Below are positions 39,017-48,818 of a DNA stretch of 64,000 nucleotides, one piece after another. Position 1 is the first letter of the stretch. Each line of letters begins with the position of its first letter. The position numbers were made by a program, and so were the translations under genes. Source of the DNA: Candidatus Tayloriibacteriota bacterium (lineage in GTDB: Bacteria > Patescibacteriota > Minisyncoccia > Phycocordibacterales > SIBU01). A model generated the notes under the pieces. It was not told the DNA's origin, searched no databases, and saw only the letters and a program-made list of their open reading frames with translations. Location of the stretch: NCBI GenBank assembly GCA_009695005.1, contig SIBU01000002.1, forward strand, positions 7,274-71,273, read 5' to 3'.

Positions 39017-40096
39017 TTATTTTATATTTTTCAAATTAAGCACTTCGACAATGCGATTACAAAAATATTCCGTTGAGAATTTTTTGCAACGCTCAGTTTG
39101 AAGATACTTTTCTCCAGCAGCAATCATTTCATTGTACTGACTTTCAGTAACTCCTTTTAAATATTTGGCCAGTTGTTCATCGTTTTTAAATTTCCGTCTA
39201 TCAATAAAGGCGTCTTCGTCGACATAATCTAGGATGTTGGAAGCGCCCCAGTATATTGGGACTGCCTTAGCCTGAAGAGCGTCAAATATTTTTTCCGTTA
39301 CGTATCCTTTTGCGCCGGACATATTTTCGTAGGCAAGCGCAAATTTATATTTAGACATGGTGCTTATTTTGTTTTCCGCTGGTCCACGGTAGCAGGCAAA
39401 TTTTGGCACTAACCAGGGGAAGTACTTTTGAAGTCGTGTTCTTGGTGTATGCCAAAGCGCGCCATAAAGGTCAAAATCTTTTGGGTAGTGAGAGCTGAAG
39501 TAGGCGCTGGTTCGGGCTCTGGCTGAATATAATTCGTTAGGTCGTGGGTAGTATCGATTGGCCGACATGTTTATTAAAAGCTTTTTTTCATGAAAGGTTG
39601 GGAGTGTTGTTGGTGTTTGACGAAGCGGAATAGGCAGGAAGAATTTGAAAAATTTAATATTATCAACGAGGTCATCATTCCAGGTGAAAAAGTATTTGAA
39701 CTTTTCGAAAACTTGATCCGTGTAGTTTTCTGGGTTGTTGACCTGTCCTTCCCACAGAAACATCGCCATTTTATCCTTCAAACCTTTTTCAATCGCTTCT
39801 CTATATAGTGCTCTGGTTGGCCAGTTCGAATTGCGGTTTCGAATACGCAAGATTTTTTTGATTAAAGACTTGATTGTGTTTTTAGGGAGAAGTCCATCAA
39901 CACTAGGTGAATCGATAAAAAGAATCCACTCGCAATCCTCAAGCTTATGATTGTCTGCAGTAACCAATTCATAGCCGAGTTCTTCGAGACGGGCTTTAAG
40001 TTTTTGCCAAGGCTCGTTCATGTTGTTTACGTCTATGCCGAAAATAGCGTTATTCGCATAAACTGAATTTGGCACTTGGAGAAGGATTTTTTTCAT
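39017..40096 (-). CDS. Alpha-1,3/4-fucosyltransferase-like (GT10)
   Basis: YKFALAYEN....GYVTEKIFDALQAKAVPIYWGA is the GT10 motif. Confidence 0.85.
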   Translation of the reverse strand: MKKILLQVPNSVYANNAIFGIDVNNMNEPWQKLKARLEELGYELVTADNHKLEDCEWILFIDSPSVDGLLPKNTIKSLIKKILRIRNRNSNWPTRALYREAIEKGLKDKMAMFLWEGQVNNPENYTDQVFEKFKYFFTWNDDLVDNIKFFKFFLPIPLRQTPTTLPTFHEKKLLINMSANRYYPRPNELYSARARTSAYFSSHYPKDFDLYGALWHTPRTRLQKYFPWLVPKFACYRGPAENKISTMSKYKFALAYENMSGAKGYVTEKIFDALQAKAVPIYWGASNILDYVDEDAFIDRRKFKNDEQLAKYLKGVTESQYNEMIAAGEKYLQTERCKKFSTEYFCNRIVEVLNLKNIK

Positions 40097-40112
40097 TAAA
40101 TTGTGACTACGT

Positions 40113-41036
40113 TTAAAGAGGTTTCCAGATTACAATCGAATAACCTTCAATAAATTGACTGCCAATATAAGTTCTTTTGGTTTCGATTATTTTTATTTTA
40201 CCCATTAGTTCAAGCTCCTTCAGGTAATCGAGAAAGCCGTTTAGATAATTTCTCTTTCTGAAATATTTGATAGACAAGTTATCAATCAGTCTGTTTTCAT
40301 CAAGCATTTCGGCAATCGGTTCGATGTGTATGCAAAGTTCCGGTTTATTTTTTATAAGGTAGGAGACAAAATTTTTATGATTTTTGCCAACCTGTTCAAG
40401 TGCGGCTACTGTGTAGATAGCGGAATTTTCTGCAATTTTAACTTGTTTGTTCGGTTTAAAAAAGTCAAAATTGTATCCCGTGATATTTTGCACTAGGCCA
40501 GAGTCAACCATTTTTTTAAGTATCTTTTGTGAAGATTTCGCCCAATCGAGGCCGAATAGATTTACTGTAGGATTAACTTCTCGTAATTTAAGTAGATTGT
40601 GGCCAGTTCCGCAACCAAACTCATAGATGTTTTCAAACTTTCGGAAATGTTTGTCAAAAACATAGTCCAAAATTACATAAAGCATGTTTCTTTCATAATT
40701 AGGAGAAATGCCTTTGACAAAACTTTGATTCAGTCGATTTATTGCGTATTTGCCGTGGTAGTGGGGGAATACTGCGTCAACGGTATTTTGCTCATCGAGT
40801 TCGGTGAGATTTTGCCCCCAGCCCTTTTCCCACTGTTTCAGTCGGTGAGGACCGGAATATACTAAAAAGGGGTCGAGTAAAGTGTTGATGATTTTAATCA
40901 GAATCTGCTCTTCCTCTTGCTTTTCGAGCGGTGAATAGACCAATTTGTAACCATCAATTTTATTTTTGACGTACTCACTTAGCTTTTCGTTCCAAAGTTT
41001 TTCAAAATCTATGTAGTTTAAAGTGATTTTTTTCAT
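40113..41036 (-). CDS. Class I SAM-dependent methyltransferase
   Basis: YEFGCGTGHNL, GLDW, ALEQ, HIEPI. Confidence 0.7.
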   Translation of the reverse strand: MKKITLNYIDFEKLWNEKLSEYVKNKIDGYKLVYSPLEKQEEEQILIKIINTLLDPFLVYSGPHRLKQWEKGWGQNLTELDEQNTVDAVFPHYHGKYAINRLNQSFVKGISPNYERNMLYVILDYVFDKHFRKFENIYEFGCGTGHNLLKLREVNPTVNLFGLDWAKSSQKILKKMVDSGLVQNITGYNFDFFKPNKQVKIAENSAIYTVAALEQVGKNHKNFVSYLIKNKPELCIHIEPIAEMLDENRLIDNLSIKYFRKRNYLNGFLDYLKELELMGKIKIIETKRTYIGSQFIEGYSIVIWKPL

Positions 41037-41070
41037 GTTTATCAACGTATTGTACATGAGGCTATATTGT

Positions 41071-41170
41071 TTGACAAATTCTTTTTATATGGTAAACTGA
41101 TACCAGAAGAATAGTAATTCCATGATTTGGAAATTAGGGATTACTGTTTGAAATTATCGGGGGTTAATAA
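41071..41170 (+). promoter_or_regulatory. Promoter and hairpin leader of the HD-like gene
   Basis: TTGACA (41071)-N16-TAAACT with TGn extension. Stem agtaattcc...gggattact at about 41112-41146. G-rich SD-like site. Confidence 0.6.
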
Positions 41171-41854
41171 ATGGAAACTAATACTAATGCTAGGGAAATT
41201 TTTGTTCGTAACAGAGCAAAGTTTGCCGGTCTTTTTGAGAGAATTAAGGCAATCCATCACGAAATTGTTGTCGCTGGTCGCGATGTCAACGGGCACGGAT
41301 TTGACCATGACGTCATGGTTGCACAGTATGCTGCCATGATTTCGGAAAATGAACGTGTTGCTGAGATGGCGTGGGTTGCAGGACTCATGCATAGCCTCGA
41401 CCGACACTTTCCCGATAGCTTTAATGCTAAAATAGAGGAATGTATTGTTTTGGTCGGGCACCTGTTTTCAGTGGCTGAAATCGAAGAGATTCGAGTGGCG
41501 GATAGGGTTCACTCACGTCTGAACGATCCCTTGGACGGACCCGTGACAATCGCGCTCAAGGATGCTGATCGGTTGGCCAATGTCGGTGCGCTCAACATTA
41601 TTCGTGGTGGTCAGCATCGACCTAACATTCCTGCCTGTGTGATGGAGTCACTTGGTGGTCTTAATCCAGCATCAACTTTTAAAAGACCCGCCAGTTGCTA
41701 TGATGCAACTTTTTACAACCTAGAGTGGTGGGATATGTTGCGATCGGAGAAAGCCCGTGATCTTGGGAGAGCCGATTTTGAATATACCAGGGCCTGGCAG
41801 CGGAGCGTCGAAGCAAAGTTTGCTCAAGTTGGCCTTTTCCCTTGGAAAACATAA
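41171..41854 (+). CDS. HD-domain-like metal-dependent phosphohydrolase (HD altered to HS)
   Basis: GHGFDHD, AGLMHSLD, VHS, LKDADRLANVGA. Confidence 0.65.
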   Translation: METNTNAREIFVRNRAKFAGLFERIKAIHHEIVVAGRDVNGHGFDHDVMVAQYAAMISENERVAEMAWVAGLMHSLDRHFPDSFNAKIEECIVLVGHLFSVAEIEEIRVADRVHSRLNDPLDGPVTIALKDADRLANVGALNIIRGGQHRPNIPACVMESLGGLNPASTFKRPASCYDATFYNLEWWDMLRSEKARDLGRADFEYTRAWQRSVEAKFAQVGLFPWKT

Positions 41855-41873
41855 AATTCGAACCACTCTCTTT

Positions 41874-41901
41874 AAAGCGCAATCTAAGGTTGCGTTTTTT
41901 T
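41874..41901 (+). terminator. Intrinsic terminator
   Basis: aaagcgcaatc-taa-ggttgcgtttt followed by a T run. Confidence 0.7.
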
Positions 41902-41986
41902 ATTTGCAAGTTAACCAGACATTGACTTTGTGTATTATTTAGGGTATCTTTCTAAAAGAATTTTGTAGAATATAGAGAAATAATAA

Positions 41987-42958
41987 ATGAAAACAAAAAT
42001 ATTAGGTCGTACGGGTTTGAACGTTCCAATTGTGGGGCTGGGAACAGCCTTTATCGGAATTCCAACTCCTGAGCAGGCGGCAAGGGAATATAAAGGTGCA
42101 AGTCAGATGATTCATGAGCTTGGTGTTAAAACTGTTGTTGCCGCATTAAATGCCGGTTGTACGTTAATTGACACTGCTGTTATATATGGCAGGACACAGA
42201 GTGAAAAAATGATAGGGGAAGCTTTGCAGCTTTGTCCCAAACTTGCCAAGCAATGTATTGTGACAACCAAAGTTGGTAAATGCTTGGATCTTAGCACTTT
42301 CAATTATAATGCTGATTTTATCACTCGGAGTGTTGAGGAAAGTTTAGCGCGTCTCAAGCTTAAACGAATTGAAATCGTATATGTTCACGATGCCATGGGC
42401 GCTTCGATGCAAGATTTGTTTGGCAAGGGGAAAATTGTCGATTCTCTTAGAATTCTTCAGAAACGTGGTCTGGTTCGATTTATCGGTACTGCTTCAAATG
42501 ATCCTGAAGTTAATGCTGACCTTATCGAAACAGGTGAGTTTGATGTTGCTGTTGTTTGTGAAGCGTGGAGCCTACTTAATCAACTTGCGTATAAGCGGAT
42601 ACTACCAGCGGCTGAAAGGCATAATGTAGGTCTTGTTATTGCCGCGCCGCTTGAACGAGGGCTGTTGGCAACGGGTCCCGTGCACAATATGATCTACGAT
42701 GACCGAAATTTTAGCCAAACTTGTCTTGAACATGTGGTGAAGATTAAAAAATTGTGTGAGAAGCACGGAATTTCTATGGCAGCGGCTGCGCTTCAGTGGT
42801 GTACACGACATCCTCAAGTTGCATCAACAATTCCTGGTGCCAGGCTTCCGGAGGAAGCAGTCTCCAATATTAAAGCCGGCGAGATGGAAATTCCAGAGAG
42901 TTTTTGGGATGATTTAAAACCACTTATTCGTAATTTTGAAAAAGGTAATGGGCGATAG
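41987..42958 (+). CDS. Aldo/keto reductase
   Basis: LGRTGL, IDTAVIYG, TTKVG, SLARL, VHD, ALQWC..HPQVASTIPG. Promoter TTGACT-N17-TATCTT at 41922-41950. Confidence 0.88.
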   Translation: MKTKILGRTGLNVPIVGLGTAFIGIPTPEQAAREYKGASQMIHELGVKTVVAALNAGCTLIDTAVIYGRTQSEKMIGEALQLCPKLAKQCIVTTKVGKCLDLSTFNYNADFITRSVEESLARLKLKRIEIVYVHDAMGASMQDLFGKGKIVDSLRILQKRGLVRFIGTASNDPEVNADLIETGEFDVAVVCEAWSLLNQLAYKRILPAAERHNVGLVIAAPLERGLLATGPVHNMIYDDRNFSQTCLEHVVKIKKLCEKHGISMAAAALQWCTRHPQVASTIPGARLPEEAVSNIKAGEMEIPESFWDDLKPLIRNFEKGNGR

Positions 42959-42972
42959 TGGCTAGTATAAGT

Positions 42973-43004
42973 AAAAGATGTGGTATTGAATCCACGTCTT
43001 TTTT
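42973..43004. terminator. Bidirectional intrinsic terminator
   Basis: aaaagatgtgg-tattgaat-ccacgtctttt between convergent genes. Confidence 0.65.
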
Positions 43005-43932
43005 ATTTTCTTATATTAGGATAATTTTCAATAAACCACCGAACGGTTTTTTTGACACCTTTTTCTATAGACGTAAATTTGAAATCAGGTTTGTATTTCA
43101 AAAATTTTGTGGTGTCGGATGGTTTACGGAATTGACCATCTGGTTTTGAGGAGTCAAGAGTAATTTTACCTTTAAAATTCATTTCCTTGGCAATCATTTT
43201 GACCAAATTTTCGATGCTGACTTCAGCTCCAGAGGATAAAATAATAGGGGAGGGTTCATTGTAATTTTTTAGAGCCCAAATTGCCAGTTTTCCAATATCA
43301 TCTGACAGGACAAATTCGCGGAGTGGTTTGCCACTGCCCCATACATAAAGATCCGTATTGTTCTTTTTGGCTAAGTAGCATTTCTGGATGAGAGATGGAA
43401 CCACATGTCCTTCAGTAGGGCTGAAATTATCATTAGGACCATAGATGTTTGTGGGTATGGCGACGATAAAATTGCAACCCCATTCGTTTCTGTAGGCGTT
43501 ACTTTGTACCTCAAGCATTCTTTTCGCGTAGGCATAGCCAAAATTTGAAGGATGGGGCGGACCATTGTGAAGATTTTTTTCGTTTAAGGGGTATTCGCAT
43601 TTGTCCGGAAAGATGCAAGTGGACATAAAGGAAATTAATTTTTTGACATCGGTAAGTCTGGCTGCTTCCAAAACATTTATATTAATCATAATGTTGTTAC
43701 GGAAGTATTCTCCGGTGTGCATGCTGTTGCCCCCGATACCTCCAACTTGGGCAGCCAGATGAATAACGTGAGTGGGCTTGTGTTTTTTGAAAATTTTAAG
43801 TGTTTGATTGAAATCAGTTAAATCACCGTCTTTGCGCGATAAAAAAATCGCATTAGGAACTTTCAGTCTTTTAAGAGCTGAACCGATTAGTCCACTTCCG
43901 CCCGTTACCAATATTTTTTCTGGATTTTTCAT
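43003..43932 (-). CDS. fcl: GDP-L-fucose synthase, animal (TSTA3/FX)-like type
   Basis: TGGSGLIG, PTHVIHLAA.VGG, STCIFPDK, HNGPPHPSNFGYAYAKRM, PTNIYGPNDNF, DGQFRK. Confidence 0.85.
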   Translation of the reverse strand: MKNPEKILVTGGSGLIGSALKRLKVPNAIFLSRKDGDLTDFNQTLKIFKKHKPTHVIHLAAQVGGIGGNSMHTGEYFRNNIMININVLEAARLTDVKKLISFMSTCIFPDKCEYPLNEKNLHNGPPHPSNFGYAYAKRMLEVQSNAYRNEWGCNFIVAIPTNIYGPNDNFSPTEGHVVPSLIQKCYLAKKNNTDLYVWGSGKPLREFVLSDDIGKLAIWALKNYNEPSPIILSSGAEVSIENLVKMIAKEMNFKGKITLDSSKPDGQFRKPSDTTKFLKYKPDFKFTSIEKGVKKTVRWFIENYPNIRK

Positions 43933-44053
43933 AAAGTTTTATAATTTTATTATCAATGCCTGGGTATCATGGAAAATAAGGAAGAGTGAATTTTTTTGAA
44001 ATTAATTATTATTCTTTCTATCATGTCCACTATGTTTTTAATTGGTTTTATCA

Positions 44054-45073
44054 TTATGTTTTGTAGAGGATTTGTTGCCACCTTATCGTTCTTTCTAAGC
44101 CGTCATTTAAGGGGATATAGTCGGTTTTTTTAAATTCCTTGACGGCTTTTGTCATATCAAGTTGAACATCGGTTGGGGCTTCCTGTAAATGATTTGTCGT
44201 ATTTTTGGGGAAAATTACAGGTGTGTCAAGAGATGTTCCAATCATTTTTGCTAGTTGTGCAATTGTGGTATTTGAAATTCCTCCAACATTATAAACAGAT
44301 TCTTTCCCAAAAAAAAGTATTTGCCATAAAACTTCTACAGCATCACTAACATAACAGTATGTTCTTTTAGAGATACCCTGATCAAGTAATTCAAGTTTTC
44401 CTCCTAGAGCTTTTTCTATGAAAGCATTCAGGACTCGTTTGTCACCTTTTTTTGTGCCTGGACCGTATGCAAGAGAAAGACGGGCAGATTTTGCCTCAAC
44501 TCCTTTTCCTCGATAGGCATTTACAATTGCTTCCCCGCATCTTTTACCCTCTATGTAACAGGCGCGTGGGTGGTTGGTGTTGGTGGTTCCTATTTGCTCT
44601 TCTTTGAATGGTGGAGTTTCTAGACCGCTATAAACTTCGCTGGTGCTAATAAAGAGAAACTTTCCATTCGTTTTAAGTTTTTTTATTAAGTTGATTGTGC
44701 ATGTTGTGTTTAGTTCTATGGTTTTGGTCGGGTCTTCTAGAAATTTTCCAGGTTGGCCATATCCTGCGGCGTGAATGATATAGTCGACTTTTAGAATCGA
44801 GTCCAGCAATTTTTGATTGGTAAGGTCACCTTTGATAAATTTCACATTTTCTCCGAAATGGGATAAATATTTTGGGAAGCCCCCTTGGGTCAGGGCAATT
44901 ACTTGTATTTTGAAACCCTCGTCAGCCAATTCTCTCATTGTTGCTAATAGGTATGTGCCAATAAGTCCAGAGGCACCGGTAATAAGAATGGTTTTTCCAT
45001 TAAGCTCTTTGAAATCAATCTTAGGTAAGATTTCCAAAATATCTTTTTGAATTATAGCTTCAAGTTTATTCAT
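44054..45073 (-). CDS. NAD-dependent epimerase/dehydratase (UDP-glucuronate decarboxylase-like)
   Basis: TGASGLIG, STSEVY, RACYIEGKRCGE, AYGPG, RTYCYVSD. Confidence 0.75.
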   Translation of the reverse strand: MNKLEAIIQKDILEILPKIDFKELNGKTILITGASGLIGTYLLATMRELADEGFKIQVIALTQGGFPKYLSHFGENVKFIKGDLTNQKLLDSILKVDYIIHAAGYGQPGKFLEDPTKTIELNTTCTINLIKKLKTNGKFLFISTSEVYSGLETPPFKEEQIGTTNTNHPRACYIEGKRCGEAIVNAYRGKGVEAKSARLSLAYGPGTKKGDKRVLNAFIEKALGGKLELLDQGISKRTYCYVSDAVEVLWQILFFGKESVYNVGGISNTTIAQLAKMIGTSLDTPVIFPKNTTNHLQEAPTDVQLDMTKAVKEFKKTDYIPLNDGLERTIRWQQILYKT

Positions 45074-45954
45074 TAGATTAACTTATGTAGGCGGTTCCGG
45101 ATTGATGAAGCTGTAAGTCCTATTTGCTCGTCATGTTCATCCGATTTGCCGTAATTGGTTAGAAATTTTCTCGGTACACCCACGGTATCGATTGATGCCG
45201 CTTGTGGTTTTAATGAATTGATTATTTCATTTGTTAAACCACCTTCGTAGTATGGTTCACATAGTAGAACTTTTCCTGATGGGCAATTGTTTCTAAGAGT
45301 TTCATGATCAAACGGTTCAAGTGTTGTGTAATAAAGAATAGTTACATCCTCGTTTAAGCAAGCCTCCAAAACAGATTTTAGTATTGGCCCTACTGCGACT
45401 ACTGTGGCTGATTTACCTTTTCTAATTAAGTGCGCTTTTCCAAATTTTACCGGCAGACTTTCGGTATTTTCCTTTTCGGATAATCTGAAATATGTAGGGT
45501 GGCCATTGGCGTACGATTCCTTAAAAAGAATATCAAATTCACCCGCTGTTCCTGGTACAACGATTTCCATACCAGGAATTTGTTTCAAAATACCGATGTC
45601 TCCAGGACAATGATGTGTACAACCAAGTGCCGCGTAATCGTATGAAGCCCCGATGCTGACAAAGTTTCCACCTAACTTTTGATAGCCGAAATCATCTTTA
45701 AGTTGTTCGAGTGAACGCTCGATTAAAAAAGGTGCGATGGTGTGGATTACGGGAATTTTACCGGTTAATGCTAAACCTGCGGCCAGACTGACTGTGGATT
45801 GCTCAAGGATGCCTACGTTGTAAATTCTTTTTGGAAAATTTTCAAAAGCTTTTCTGAAGCCAAAAATTCCAATGTCACAGAGAAGGGTAACCAAGCGCTC
45901 GTCTTTTTCGAGGAGCGATTCGACTGTGACGATTAGTTGTTGGCGCATATTCAT
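45073..45954 (-). CDS. Transketolase, C-terminal (pyrimidine-binding) subunit
   Basis: NVGILEQ..VSLAAGLA, ERSLEQ, LGCTHH, PTYFRL. Confidence 0.85.
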   Translation of the reverse strand: MNMRQQLIVTVESLLEKDERLVTLLCDIGIFGFRKAFENFPKRIYNVGILEQSTVSLAAGLALTGKIPVIHTIAPFLIERSLEQLKDDFGYQKLGGNFVSIGASYDYAALGCTHHCPGDIGILKQIPGMEIVVPGTAGEFDILFKESYANGHPTYFRLSEKENTESLPVKFGKAHLIRKGKSATVVAVGPILKSVLEACLNEDVTILYYTTLEPFDHETLRNNCPSGKVLLCEPYYEGGLTNEIINSLKPQAASIDTVGVPRKFLTNYGKSDEHDEQIGLTASSIRNRLHKLI

Positions 45955-46733
45955 TTGAGTTCTTTTAGGATTATCTCGAGTTCTTCCTTGTTCGGTGATT
46001 TGTGGTGCCATGCAGGATTGTGTTCCATGGTTTTTGAACCGAAGCCTTTAATCGTTTCTGCGATGATCGCGATTGGTTTTTTGTCTGATTGCGATGATAA
46101 GGCCTTTAGAATTTTTTTGTGATTATGTCCATTGATTTTCAAACACTTCCATCCGAAAGCTTCAAATTTTAGACTTAGATCACCAACAGAGAGAGCTCTG
46201 TCGGTGGAATGATTGTAGTCAACTATGCAGATCAGGTTTGTTAGTTTGTGGTGGGTAGCAAGCAAGGCCGATTCCCAGACGGTACCTTCGTTTGCTTCGC
46301 CGTCTCCTATAAGAGTGAAAACTTTTGCTTTAGAGTTTGAAATTTTCAATCCTAGGGCCACACCTATCGCCATCGGAAGTCCGTGTCCCAAAGATCCTGT
46401 TGAGGCTTCTACTCCAGGGATTTTGTTTCTGTCTGGGTGTCCCCCCAAAATACTGTCGAATTTTGCGAATCGCTCTAGTTCGCTTTTTTCAAAAAAACCT
46501 TTTTCCGCAAGAACAGCATAAAGGGCAAGAGAAGCGTGCCCCTTACTTAATATAAATATATCTCTTTGCGGGTCTTTAGGATTAAGAGGGTTAAATCTTA
46601 AAACTAGGTCGTAAAGTACCCACAAAATATCAAGAATTGAAAAGGCACTTGCAACATGCCCTTCGCCGGCATTGTGTGCTGCTAAAACGATTGAACTTTT
46701 TAAGGAGTTAATTTTTTTAATGGGGTAGTTCAT
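45951..46733 (-). CDS. Transketolase, N-terminal (TPP-binding) subunit
   Basis: GHVASAFS, LSKGHA, STGSLGHGL, GDGEANEGTVWE, TIKGFG, WHH. Confidence 0.88.
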   Translation of the reverse strand: MNYPIKKINSLKSSIVLAAHNAGEGHVASAFSILDILWVLYDLVLRFNPLNPKDPQRDIFILSKGHASLALYAVLAEKGFFEKSELERFAKFDSILGGHPDRNKIPGVEASTGSLGHGLPMAIGVALGLKISNSKAKVFTLIGDGEANEGTVWESALLATHHKLTNLICIVDYNHSTDRALSVGDLSLKFEAFGWKCLKINGHNHKKILKALSSQSDKKPIAIIAETIKGFGSKTMEHNPAWHHKSPNKEELEIILKELK

Positions 46734-47985
46734 TTGTTTGGATTTGCCATTCATTTTTTATCAAAATTTTTGCACCTGTATTTTCAGTTGGATGCGCCTG
46801 GTTGAAATGTGCCGAAGGGCCGACTGTGATGGATTTTTCTATTTGATGTTTTGCTAGATAGTTGATTATTCCAAAACGTCCAGCGTTGAGGGCAATAAAG
46901 TAATTTCCTGGAGTAAGAAGCTTTTCTGGAAAAGGTAATGTAATTTTGTAGTTACCTTTTTTTATGTTTTCAAGTTCCGGTTTCCAGTCGGCGATAAAAC
47001 TTCTGATCATGATGTCGCCCATGGAATTTTTTACATATATGCCGATACGGAATAGTGTGAGGTCGGAGAGTGTTTCAAAATCAATCTCAACCTCGAATGG
47101 CGAATCGCAGTCAAGGTGTGTGGTCTTGGAATTTCGTTGTTTTGTGTGGAATCTTTTTATGATGATATCTTTTTCTTTCAATGGAAAAAGTTTTTCACCC
47201 TCGATATTTTTCTCATATTCATTTTGAAGGTAATGTTCTATGACTTTTTTGGTGTCGTCAAACATTACTAGCTGGCCTTTGCTTAAAAGTACGCTTTTAG
47301 GACAAAGTTTTTCGACGGCCGACATGTTGTGGCTAACGAAAAGAATAGTTCTACCGGCTGTGCCCGTAACTTCTTCCATCTTCCCCAAACATTTTTTTTG
47401 GAATTCTGCATCTCCGACTGCTAACACTTCGTCAACCAAAAGGATATCTGGCTCGATGTGGGCAGCAATTGAAAAAGCAAGACGAACATACATTCCAGTT
47501 GAGTAGCGCTTGACCGGTGTGTCAATGAAATTTCCGATGCCCGAGAATTCAACTATCGCATCAAACTTTTTCTCTATTTCTTGTTTAGTCATGCCTAGAA
47601 TGGCTCCGTTCAGGTAAATGTTTTCCCTACCAGATAATTCAGGGTGAAAGCCTGTGCCGACCTCGAGAAGAGAGGCGATTCTTCCATGTATTGTAATTTC
47701 ACCTTCAGTTGGGGGAGTAATTCTGGATAAGATTTTTAGGAGGGTCGATTTTCCAGCTCCATTTGCTCCGATTATTCCTATGGCTTCTCCTTTAAATACT
47801 TCAAGGTTAAAATTTCTGAGTGCCCAAAAAGTTTCAGAACCATTTTTATTAAATATTGATTTGATAAATTTAAAGGGGTGAAGAAAATTTTCGGTAATCA
47901 CGTCACGTAAGGCAACATAACCGCCTTTTTTGCCGATGATGCTGTATCTCTTACCAACATTTTTTATTTCGATGATAGGTTTCAT
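46717..47985 (-). CDS. wzt: Polysaccharide ABC exporter ATP-binding protein with a Wzt_C domain
   Basis: GANGAGKSTLL, GFHPELSGREN, YSTGMYVRLAF, DEVLAVGD, VSH, plus a C-terminal extension. Confidence 0.92.
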   Translation of the reverse strand: MKPIIEIKNVGKRYSIIGKKGGYVALRDVITENFLHPFKFIKSIFNKNGSETFWALRNFNLEVFKGEAIGIIGANGAGKSTLLKILSRITPPTEGEITIHGRIASLLEVGTGFHPELSGRENIYLNGAILGMTKQEIEKKFDAIVEFSGIGNFIDTPVKRYSTGMYVRLAFSIAAHIEPDILLVDEVLAVGDAEFQKKCLGKMEEVTGTAGRTILFVSHNMSAVEKLCPKSVLLSKGQLVMFDDTKKVIEHYLQNEYEKNIEGEKLFPLKEKDIIIKRFHTKQRNSKTTHLDCDSPFEVEIDFETLSDLTLFRIGIYVKNSMGDIMIRSFIADWKPELENIKKGNYKITLPFPEKLLTPGNYFIALNAGRFGIINYLAKHQIEKSITVGPSAHFNQAHPTENTGAKILIKNEWQIQTNELPH

Positions 47986-47989
47986 AGTT

Positions 47990-48808
47990 TTATACTATAT
48001 CTGCGAAATAACGTTCAGTTTTTTTGAAAAAATAAATACCAAGTGATAGTAGAACTATTGATCCCACAAAGGAAATTGAAAGTGAATGCCAACCAATAGA
48101 GCCAGTGCCCAGAAGACCTGATCTGGCGGCTTTGATTACCCCAGTCATGGGATTAAGTGAAAGAAGCCATGCGTATTTTCCGGCAATACTTGAAGGATAA
48201 ATAACTGGTGTAAGGAATAAAAGTAGTTGCATGAAGAACGGTAGTACGTATCGAACATCCCGATATTTAACGTTTATAGAAGCTAATATTAACCCGCAGC
48301 CGACCGCGGTAGCTGAAGTGATGAAAAGTAGCAATGGGACAATAGTTAACCCCACAATTCCTGGAGCATAGTTGTAATGGAACATTAAAAAGATTAACGC
48401 TAAACTCGCGAAGAAAAAATCGACGTATTTATTTGCCGTGTCTGCGAGAGGAAGAATGATTCTAGGGAAGTAAACTTTTGTTATGATGGCCGAGTTCGAA
48501 ATAAGAGAATTAGAAGTATCGGATAATGCACTTGAAAAAAGTTGCCAAAACAAAAGCCCGCTGTAGACAAAAATAGGGTAGGGTATGCCGTCGGATGGAA
48601 CCTTGATTAGTTTTCCGAAAAAAACACTGAAAACAACCATGGTCATGAATGGTTGAAAAATGGCCCAACCGATGCCGACAATAGTTTGTTTGTACCGAAC
48701 TTTTAAGTCTCGCCAGACAAAAAAATAAAGTAAACCTTTGTAACGCCAAACTTCCTTGAAGTCTTCAAGGCTAAAAGTTTTTTTTGGTTTTATAATTGTC
48801 GTCACCAT
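47990..48808 (-). CDS. wzm: Polysaccharide ABC exporter permease
   Basis: RDLKVRYKQT..G..W, KVYFPR, YRDV, TPVIYP, LNPM, ERYFADIV. Confidence 0.92.
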   Translation of the reverse strand: MVTTIIKPKKTFSLEDFKEVWRYKGLLYFFVWRDLKVRYKQTIVGIGWAIFQPFMTMVVFSVFFGKLIKVPSDGIPYPIFVYSGLLFWQLFSSALSDTSNSLISNSAIITKVYFPRIILPLADTANKYVDFFFASLALIFLMFHYNYAPGIVGLTIVPLLLFITSATAVGCGLILASINVKYRDVRYVLPFFMQLLLFLTPVIYPSSIAGKYAWLLSLNPMTGVIKAARSGLLGTGSIGWHSLSISFVGSIVLLSLGIYFFKKTERYFADIV

Positions 48809-48818
48809 AGTGTATTGC

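Noticed and set aside
43933-44055. Short ORF (MIKPIKNIVDMIERII…) coupled to the upstream stop
   Set aside because: About 33 aa with no motif. It may be a deletion scar but cannot be supported.
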